A stretch of DNA of 63,162 bases, filler included, from Hyphochytrium catenoides (taxonomy: Eukaryota; Protista; Hyphochytriomycota), in the NCBI GenBank assembly GCA_900088475.1. It is 5 parts of 5 records of this genome, joined end to end, with 100 filler letters (N's around TTAATTAATTAA, not from the genome) between each part and the next. Parts side by side here need not be neighbours in the genome. Positions count along the whole stretch, not along the records: positions 52,556 to 63,162 come from FLMG01000754.1; 4 more parts are not named here. One strand, 5' to 3'. The notes beneath the pieces are model-generated. The model saw nothing but the letters and a program-made list of their open reading frames with translations. It was not told where the DNA came from and did not search any database. Each line of letters begins with the position of its first letter. The first letter of the stretch is position 1. Below, in pieces: positions 53,960-63,162 of this stretch. The translations under genes were made by a program, and so were the position numbers.

Positions 53960-54335
53960 ACAGAGAGATAGAGAAACGGAGGCAGTGGACATCCCTTGCG
54001 TCTCCTGACTATTATCGCTAGAAACGCAAGATGTGCCTCAGCAAGACATGAAATGAGAAGTTAGGGTTCTCTTGTCTTAAAAAAGTTGACGAGGGCAGAG
54101 CGAAACACTACCGCACTCCCTCTTCCTAAAGAAGAAGCGCCTCAGAAACTAGGAGCGAAAACGATAGAGGGACAGAGAGAGCAGAGAATAGATGGCCACT
54201 GTATCTCCTGAGTCGTAACGTTAAATGAGCAAGAAGTGCCTCAACGTGGAGTAGATGTCCTCTTATCTTAAGGCTGTGGACGAGAGCGGAGAGAAACGCT
54301 ACCTTACTCTCTCTTCATAAGCGAGAGGAGCTTCT
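53960..54335. repeat. Diverged direct repeat, two ~200-bp units
   Basis: Shared blocks TCTCCTGA, GCAAGA.GTGCCTCA, CTCTT.TCTTAA, GACGAG.GC.GAG.GAAAC.CTACC..ACTC.CTCTTC.TAA in both copies. Confidence 0.7.
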
Positions 54336-54659
54336 GTGTTCCATCGTCTCCCTCTATTTCTTCGCTTCCTCCCTCATAGCTCTGTGGGTCTTTCCTTGAG
54401 TTTGAAGATTCGTTCTTAGAGAGTATAAGAATAAGATAGATGGAGATTGTCTAGAAGGACAGAGTGAGAGCATGAGAGAGACGGAAGGAAGAGAGGGAAT
54501 GCTCGGAGCAAGAAGTGGATAATGAATATCATGGAAAAAAGGAGACGCCACGCATGTATTTATGGTACGTATAGGGGGAGAAAGAGAGAGAGAGGGAGAG
54601 AGAGACAGAGAGAGAGAGGGAGAGAGAGAGGGAGAGAGAGAGGGAGAGAGACAGAGAGG

Positions 54660-54693
<34 letters not shown>

Positions 54694-54939
54694 ATAGGGA
54701 CGGAGAGGAGAGGTTGGATAAGGTGGGAGCAAAGGAAAGAGGTGGCAAATGAGTGTTGGTCAATTTATCTAAGCGGTGACTAGGGCTGGCTCACGGAAGA
54801 CGGAACGTAGGGGAGGAGACAAAGAGCTGTCTAGCCATTGAGGCAAGAGAGAACACAATAAGAAGGGTTATGAGGTAAGGAGAGGGCAAGATGAGGAGAG
54901 ACGCAGATGGAAACTCAACCAGTCTTTCATATAGGTCTA

Positions 54940-55730
54940 CGTGCCAACGTAAGTACCAGCTAGGTGCCAGTAATGGTGCCTGCCATATGCCAGTTTAGGT
55001 GTCACCCGAGGAGCCAGTCTCGCTCTGCCCTCTGGGTACCAGTTAGCAGAATCCTGGATTCCAGCCTCAGGAGCCGCCTATGTATATTTACCAGCTCTGT
55101 CAAGCACGTACTGATGCAAGTCACGGGTCGCACTACTCTAGCTTCTAGCCTATCAGATGCGTCAGATAAGGCACCAACGTATTACGTAACCAGCTCAATG
55201 TCGGCCCTGATACCAGTTTGGGGAACTGCGTTTTATGCAGACCATAGGGGCGGCTAGATACCAACTCTGCGGTGCCAGTCTTGATGCGAGGAACCATAGG
55301 TGCCACCCTAGCTACGAGAATAGGGGCCAGAGCCAGCCTAGGTAACAACCTAGATTGTACCAGTCCGTCGTCAAACTCAAGTGCCAGCCTAATTGCCCAT
55401 GTTGGTGCCATTCTTTGTCCCAGCAGCCTTCATCCAGCCTTATGCCGGCTGTAGGTGGCAGCGTAGGTGCTCGGATGGGTGCCAACCTAGGTACTACTTT
55501 TACTGATGGATTCTACGTATGAGTAGCATTGGGATCACTCTAGAGCCAGCCTTAGGAGTCACACATATACATTACTTTAGATCACTAAACCCGACGATGA
55601 GCAGCCTACGTGCCGTAGCCCTGCACGCGAGCGCTACTCATTAGCTATTGTTCCAGCTTATATGTCAGTCTTCGTTGCCAGCCTAATGACAGAGATGAGG
55701 AGTCCGAGGTACGCCTAGGTGCCAGCAAAA
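54940..55730. repeat. Decayed ~12-bp-period minisatellite (AGGTGCCAGCCT-like)
   Basis: Recurrent GTGCCA/GTACCA followed by GCCTAG/ACCTAG/GCTAG. The minus strand reads as broken LAP-/LVP- tetrapeptides. Confidence 0.6.
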
Positions 55731-58650
55731 AGGTGCTATTCCTGAGGCCACCTAATTCCCATCCTTAGGTGTAAACATAGTGCGAGCCCGCTTCGGCTCC
55801 TCTGAGAGACCGAAGATTGTCCACCTGGCATATTGGTCAGTCAACAACGTCTTCGAATGAAGCATCCTTTGACCTCTCTGCCTTGTTTTTCTTTTACTTT
55901 GCGCTGCCTGACAGACGCTCAGCTGGCGCAGGCGACCTCCAACCTGACCTCGGTGCTGTCTGTCGTACCGCCTGCCCGGCCCATCGCCTAGGAGCCACTC
56001 ACCTTATTTGAGTCTTACCATGGCTGAAGATGGAGATGGAAGTGATGGACCGAGGGGCTGCTGCGGTGGTGACCTTATATTTTTTCCTTAAGGTCTGGTT
56101 CTTGTCCTACCCTTGGCGGTGGCTCATCATCCTTTTAGGCAATAGAAGGCGTTGGAGGAGAAAACAAGGGAAAAGAGAAAGCTCAGGCCGTCAAGTCGTC
56201 ACTCTTAGCTGCCTTGAAAGGAGGATCTTCAAGCCTTTCTCTCCTTGACATTGTCATTAAGCCAGCGTCACGTTCCACTGTCACTTCTACCTTGACGAAA
56301 GAGCTAAGGGGAGCCAGTATCTTGCCTTCAGCCTGAGCATCTGCGCCTCCTTCGAGGTCTTATCTTTCTCCTTATCATACGAGGCTCGTTTGCTGGCTGC
56401 TGCCGTTGCCTGTCATGTTGTTATAGCAGCGCAGATAATCTGTCTATGTGTCTCCATCACTTCCCTGCTCACCTAGTTACATCATCACCACCATCAAAGC
56501 TACTCCTTCTAATCATTCCTGAAGGAGGCCATGGCAGACGTGGGGCTGAGAACTGAGGACCTGGGTAAAGGACGGGCAATACTTCTTCTGTCCTCTGTCC
56601 AATTACGAGCTGACACCCACTGTGACAGGTAGAGAAGCTCGCAGCCAAGCTCTGTCTATAATTAGTAGCAGGAAGTCACTGTAAGACACCGGTGAAGGCT
56701 CAATCTGGCCTTTTGCAGATTGCGAGACCGGAGGTAGGTCTCTGGCTCCGACCTGTGCTTCCTAAGCTGTTGGAACATGTGGGACTCTCACACTTGGGTT
56801 GCATTGATCAATGGGGCAAGCTGACAGGCATTGACTGGCAGCCAGTATAGGCGTCACAAGATTTATGACACAAAGCCTCATCGTGTGACCACACTGGCAC
56901 TTACACCACGTGCCTCAGAGGCATTTTGGGCCAGTGAACCTGGACAGATTTGACCACATTCGTAGTTCTTTTCTTCTCCTTCCTTATCTTCTTGCTTCTA
57001 TCATATTCTTCTTACTCCTAAGAGCTCTCTTTGAAGTAGGTACCATGAGTAGGACTCTTAGGCATAGGGACAGTGAGGTTACCATTTATCCTTCACTGCT
57101 CACTCCACTATCTTCAATGACATCAACAACAGTAGTGTCACACCATTGACCTTAGAAGATATCTTACAACCTCTTACTAGCAAGAACCTTCGCTTAATCT
57201 GTGCACTCGCTTCGTAAGGACCTTACTGTTCTTACATAAGCTATTATATTTTTCTACGTAGACGATACGACGATTATCTACCATGACGCTCTACACATAA
57301 AGATCTACATACCCTAACTCCTGCGACCGAGAGTGGTAAGTGTCAGTAGTAGTAGCACTGGCGTCCAATGGCACTACTGGCCCACGCCCGGCAGAACAGT
57401 GGCGCGTTGTCGTCCGGGATATCGAGGGAATATGTCGCTAAGCTCAGGAAGCTTCGAAAGTGAGACCATTCAGCGTCACTCTTGGCCCCTGTCCCATGAC
57501 GAGTCCAAGGTTGCTATGTCGATGTCCCACCCGTCAGTTCATTAGGGAAAAACAAGTGCTCAAGCCTGGTTGCTCAGAGTTCCAACCCTAGCCCATCCTT
57601 TTCCTCTTTCCCAAGTGAGAGAGCACGTTAAGACCTTCACTATCACCTGCAAGACTCTAGTTTGACCGCTCTTATGCGTGTCTCTTGATAATCTGCCTCC
57701 GACCGGAGCCTTTCTACTGCCGCTGAGCTCAGTCCAATGGTTAGTGCCACCACTGGGTTGCGTCTAACCAATGGAGAACTCTGGCATGGCCTGGTAGGAG
57801 GTTTTAGGTTACGTGTCGCCTATGTTGGCGCCCATGGATAGCGGCTAGCGGAATCATCTGTGCAGCCCAGAGCTCGGCGTGGTCAGTGCCGTTCAGCTAG
57901 ACGGTGTGGTGCATGCTTCCTTCACGAAGAAGAAGCCAACGCCTCGTGCATGATCTTAGTTAGCCGGCAGCCCGTCCGCGTCCTTGTTCCTCGCTGCCTT
58001 CTTGTTTGACATGGGGGCTAGTGTCCCCGCTACCTCTTCTTCATAGACCATTCCCCCCACGTCCGAGCGCCTATCCTTCTTCGTTTGGTAGCATCTCACC
58101 TGGTCCGGAGGAAAAGTCGGCGCCAAAAGTTGATGCCGCGCACTTTTCACTCGGCAGACTGATAAGAACACCATCTCTTTCGTCATTATCACCCTGGGGA
58201 TCATTGGGACCGAGGGACAAGAGGAACGGCAAGAGAGCAAGAAAAAAATATAGAGATGATGTACAGCCCGGCAGGGCTGAGTAAGCCTAAGAATCATAGT
58301 AGGTCCCATTCGGAGCTATCGTCAAGAGGCACAGCTGTCAGACTTGAAGTCTTTGACTGACGCCGACGCTATCATGAGAGGGCAACAGCCCTAACTATGG
58401 AGGACCGTCTGCTATCATCAAGGCAGGCAGCGGAGTAGCTATTGAATTGACAGGGAAAGTAGACACTATATTGAAATCTTAGCTGGGATTATTAGGGGCA
58501 ATTGCCTGTCCTCCTCGCGCTCTGTAAAAACAAATGTAAGACATAGATACCGATGGACGGCATTGGTTCACCTCTTTCGACGACAGGGCTCTACATGCAG
58601 CCAATCAAAGAGAAGTGTGAACTCTAAGGAGCAGAGTTCCTTCCACCTGC

Positions 58651-60084
58651 TCACCAACATCCATATATCAGACAGCAGAACCACCCGCAAGGTGGTCGCT
58701 GGTCTGGTGTTGGAGCATGTGATGGAGTGCATGAGGGAGTGGGCGAGGGAGTGGGCGACGGAGTGGGGGAGGGAGTAGGCCCAGGAACAGAATTGACTCT
58801 CGGCGTGGGACTTGGGGTAGGCACTGAAGGTTGGAGAGACTGTCCAGGGCACTTGACTGCATTGGAGGGGTCAAAGCCCGCCTTTTTGGCAGCCGCACAC
58901 ACGTTTACAAGCCCCTTGCCATAATAATCGTCACGACCAGGAGTACCGAGGTCCATAGCCGTCTCTTCTAGCGCCTTGCGGACATCCAAATTGGTCCATC
59001 CGCGGCTTAAGCCATAACTCCAAACAATGGCTGCAGCCCCAGAAACGTGAGGTACGGCCATCGAAGTCCCCGTCATGATGATGAAAGAACCATCAGGCCC
59101 ATAACTTCCAATACCTTCACCTGGAGCAACAACGTCCACCTAATTGTTTCACTGGGAGCGACTGGACACTTGCCTGTTGGCATTGACCGAGCCCACTGAC
59201 AACACACTGGGATAAGAGGCAGGATATTCGAATGATGAGTTTCCGGCATTGCCTGCAGCTGCGATAACTAGCACTCCCCGGTCGGCAAGGCTCTTGTATG
59301 CTGCAGCTTCCGTTTCTGAGAAGCGGATCCCGCCAGCACTCATGTTTATTATGAGTTTGCGTTGCCCGTCTCTTGCCTGCAGGTGTTCGCAGCAGCTAAT
59401 ATGTCTGACATCCAGTATCGGGAACAAGTGTTCGGAGACATGTTGGGAATATTTACAATGTAAAGGTGGATGCCTGGAGCTACCGCCACGCGGGGATTTT
59501 GACGAGCAGCGCCGATGGTTCCAGCCACATGCGTACCATGTGGATCACAAGTTTCGTCAAAGTTTCCATATCCAGCGATAGAAGAGCCTTGGAAAGCAGG
59601 AATCCTGGCGGCTAGTCCTGAGTCAGGGACGCAGATCACTAGTTCCTCTCTTTTGACTCCAGGCTTAACTGGGGTCTGCAGTGCTCCGATTAAGGACAAG
59701 CCGTACAAAGAATTCTGAATCACGGCATTAACATCGTAGGAGGCAGAAGACGAACTCATTCCGTCGCGCTGAAGATCAAAAGGAATGACAGTCCGTATGA
59801 CGTCCTCCTCAACCCTAGCGAACAGCTGACTTGCCCTAAGTCTCTTGAGCGCCGCTTCTGTTCTGACTTCAATCGCTTTGGCTCCAATACTTTGAAGAAT
59901 ATGCAGGGGCTTGATGTCTCGGTCGTCTTCAAGGAACCGAGTCACATTGAAGGCATCGAAATGTCCTATTCTGGGATAGATGACGAACCGCGTAGAAGGG
60001 AGAGTATCTGCGGCGGCTTGGACGCCTACATTAGGGAGGTGCCCATCGGGCTAAGGCTATCAGGGTATATAAGCTCAGCCTCAT
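58651..60084 (-). pseudogene. Intronless secreted subtilisin-like (S8) protease pseudogene with a PT-rich linker and Cys-rich tail
   Basis: Triad motifs PDSG, PHGTHVAGTIGA, GTSMAVPHVSG and oxyanion AAAGN. Frameshifts after the signal peptide (~60040) and at ~59365. In-frame TGA (59151-59149) and TAG (59142-59140). Confidence 0.88.
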
Positions 60085-60827
60085 CTTTCTTTATAAACGA
60101 GAAGCAACGTGCCACCACCACAGTAGCAGGGATAGCATCACACAAAACAGCTTCTGGGCAGTGCCGCGCGCTCTCGAAGAGCCCGTGCGGTCTGACTAGA
60201 CTCCTACCGGCATGTCGCGCCCCAATGACCTTCCGATGGATGTCCAACTCAAAGGCGACGGTTCATAGAGGAGCCTAAATGTTCCGTTCCCGTGATGCCC
60301 GCGGTTGATGAAAACATCCGATCGATGATGGAAAGAATGCAAGGCAGGTCCGCCGCTGAGTTCCCCATAGGCATCGGCCGATGGCCGAGGAAGATCTGTA
60401 GTCGCTCCCGTTCCTGGTAGTACGCCTTCGCCCGCTGATCGGCGTAGCTCTTCCATCATTCTGGGGCCATGGGTTGAAATCCGCGTAGAGCCTGCGAAGA
60501 ATAATGATCGGCGGCCTCCGTGAACAATTGGCCTGCCTCTAAAACCCGAATCCGCTCGTGGAGACTCTCCAGTTGTTCCTGATGCTCCAGTTCTCGCGCG
60601 AACGCCTGCTGCCGGACAGATTCAACAGACAATTGGATCGCTTCCGCCGAAATACCCGATTGACGGGTTTGGCCACTTTGGGATGGAATAGGTGAAGTGC
60701 CAGGAGCAAGCCCACGCCTGTTTCGAGAGGAAACGAGCCCGTGCTATTACTCCCCGCAGGCCCAAGCGCAATACGTGGTAGCGCGGCCGCAATGGGAGAG
60801 GAAGCCGCGATCACCTCTACTCCATCA

Positions 60828-62132
60828 TCAGTTCCGCCTGCACCGTCGGTAGGGCTTACCTCTCGCCTTGCTCGTTTCCCTGGCTGACGAAGTAGCGCTA
60901 CGGCCGGACGAGCCTCCCGGGGCAACATTTGGTGGTATTCCTGGCTTGATTCCGCTAGCGCCGCACCGGGCCCAAGGCTGACGGAACCGCGGGTAGCTCC
61001 ATCGGAACTTCAGGAGGTGAAGGATCCTCCCACCAAGATGACCCGAGCTGAAGCAAGGCGGAGGCACCCTACCTTCCTTGCCGAGATAGAATTGTGCATC
61101 CAAAAGGTACTGCATCCGCACGAAGCACACATCCAGCGCTGGAGACAAGACCCGCAATCCCGCATCGCCTGATATAGGCAACACTGAAGGAACCAACCCG
61201 TCGACCAGAGCGGACAGTGAAGGCTGCGTTAAGAACCTGCGGTCGACTTCATGGTACATCGATTGTAGAGCCGCGAGCGAAAGAGTATGCACCACCACTT
61301 GGTTTGCCACGTTGGTCGCGAACACCGCATATGAAATGGCGTGTAAGTCCTTCTCCACCTCGAGGGGCCGGAAATCTACTTCGATAGGATCCTCCAAACC
61401 TAAAGATGGCGTGATGATAAGCTTGCCTGCCCTGCGGCGGGCGAACCATTCGTACTCCCGCACCATGCCGTATGTCCGAACCCCGTTGCAAGCAAATGCT
61501 ACTGGCCATCGAAGTCGGGCCTCGATACCTGACGCAGCCTCGAATGCGGACACAGACCAGCCAGTCAATAATTATGCTGGAATCGTAAGTGGTACGTCGC
61601 CTCCGTCAGGACCGTTGGCAATGCCCTCCACTGACTCGTCACTGACTGCTGGCTGAGACTTGACCGTGATATAGCAATATCCGGGGAGATCGTCGAGATC
61701 ACCCGGACGAAGGAGGCAATAGGCATGAGGCCGAATTGAGGGAGCCATAGTCTGGTAGTTAATTGGTAAAGCAGTAGTAATCGCGAAAATTGGTCGACGA
61801 CCGAGGATTTTATCGCGAACGGTACCTCCGGAGACCGAGTTTGCGAAAGCCAGCAAGAGAGAAATGGTGCTCTGGAGCTCCTGACGAAAAGGATGACGCA
61901 ATAATGAAAGAGACATCTGGCCGCCAATCACCGCGTCTGCTGTCTCTGCCTAGCCTCCACCCTCCATGCGAAACTTCGTACTCGTACAGCCGTGCCTGAT
62001 CAGGCAATCCCGTTCTGAATAAAAACATGACTTCACATCTGCGAATGCGCGCCACAATACCAGGAGTTCGTCGCCCTTCTCAGAAACAAGTGCTACATCT
62101 CGTCGTCTTATTACTCTTATGTGACCGCACAC
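60828..62132 (-). pseudogene. ~435-codon intronless orphan reading frame broken by two in-frame stops; possible mobile element or viral relic
   Basis: ORFs 62132-61950, 61931-61572 and 61568-60828 share one frame and are separated only by single TAG and TAA codons. No family recognised. Confidence 0.5.
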
Positions 62133-62416
62133 CCGACATTGTCGGTCCCACCATTAAGAGCTAGCGGTCTGGAAGAAAAGGAGCCAAGCTTTTAATCTGA
62201 TCCTAGTGATCAGATAGATTACTAGGTATGTGCCTCTTCCCCTCATTTTCCCTCACTCCCATCTTGCTAAGTCTTCTTTTTTTCTCGCCGACCTCCCAAT
62301 TCTTCAACTTTTCTCTCGCTCGCTCTCGCTCTCCTATCTGATAGTGTCTCACACTCTCCTCCTCCTTATCTTTTTCTCGCTCTTCTCCCCCTCTCTCTCT
62401 CTCAATCTCTCTCTCC

Positions 62417-62447
<31 letters not shown>

Positions 62448-63162
62448 GTCCTGTCTCTCTCTCTCTTTCTCTCTATTCATCCTCTCGACTGGCTTGAGTG
62501 TCAGTCTAGTTGCCAACTAGCCACCGTCGGTGCGAACTTACGCTCCATGCCGTCGGCCACCTGTAAGAAGGCCAGCTGTATTTAATGTCAGGAGACTAGA
62601 AGCCAGCATTAGCTGTTGACCAACCTTATTTTAGAGCCTAGAATAAAAAATCCAAATCTCACACCTGGAAACCAATTAGTAAGACCATCCATCTTCTTTT
62701 CTTCCGCTAGTTATCTCAGCCCTCCTGCAGAATCAAGTCAGTTGCCTCTACGATAGCTGAGTTCTTTTGAAGAGTTCTGCTATACCATACTGCTGATCCA
62801 TTCCATTTCCCCCCGCTTCATGACCTCCACGACATCAACAAACTACGAATGATATTGCTGCCCTAGTTGGTCTCTTCTGTCCTTCAAGAACCAAAGAAAC
62901 AGTAAGTGAGGAAGCATTAGTAGACAATTCTCCTTCCAAACAATGGTGCAGCCATCGCATAAGGATTGCAACGATCCACCAGCTCCTGAATACCTTGGGG
63001 GCCGATTTCTCTCAACTCAACCATCAATCTCTTCTCCGACTATCGATCTTTGTTGCCTACCAAGATTTTTATAATTAAGGCGGAACCACTAAATGAATTA
63101 CTCCCCAAAATGTCAGAATCTGGCCTCCGCTCAATGAACCCCCTGGACCTCTATACAGCCAC

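Noticed and set aside
59140-61952. In-frame TAG/TAA/TGA suggesting stop-codon reassignment or RNA editing
   Set aside because: The subtilase also has frameshifts, and intact genes in the window end normally in TAA, TAG and TGA. Pseudogenisation is the simpler explanation.

Overview
This is eukaryotic nuclear DNA from an intron-rich, flagellated protist, probably a stramenopile (inferred from gene content: B9D1, SHIPPO repeats, complex-I gamma-CA, bacterial-type GFAT). The window is five unrelated scaffolds joined by artificial 100-bp spacers (44N-TTAATTAATTAA-44N at 31060, 39068, 40801, 52456), so neighbourhoods across those points are not biological. Manual splicing of GT-AG introns recovers an SDR, a non-catalytic gamma-CA, a CENH3-like histone, B9D1, an F-box/Sel1 protein, an acylated PDZ protein, m-AAA protease AFG3, a very large SHIPPO-repeat protein, a calcineurin-B-like fragment, TSEN54, GFAT, a Cys/His-rich orphan, a FANCJ/RTEL1-like helicase, ACADM and an EGF-7TM receptor-like protein. 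Decayed genes include a CDPK-like kinase, an intronless subtilase and a long orphan ORF. Three observations stand out. (1) An SP-RING (PIAS/Siz-type SUMO E3) domain splices in frame onto the FANCJ-like Fe-S helicase. (2) GFAT's obligatory catalytic Cys1 sits behind a bipartite mitochondrial-type presequence ending A-E-A|C, suggesting protease-gated activation in the intermembrane space. (3) The SHIPPO axonemal module is fused to a >1100-aa acidic disordered arm with paired W-acidic motifs. All gene models are hand-derived and need RNA-seq confirmation.
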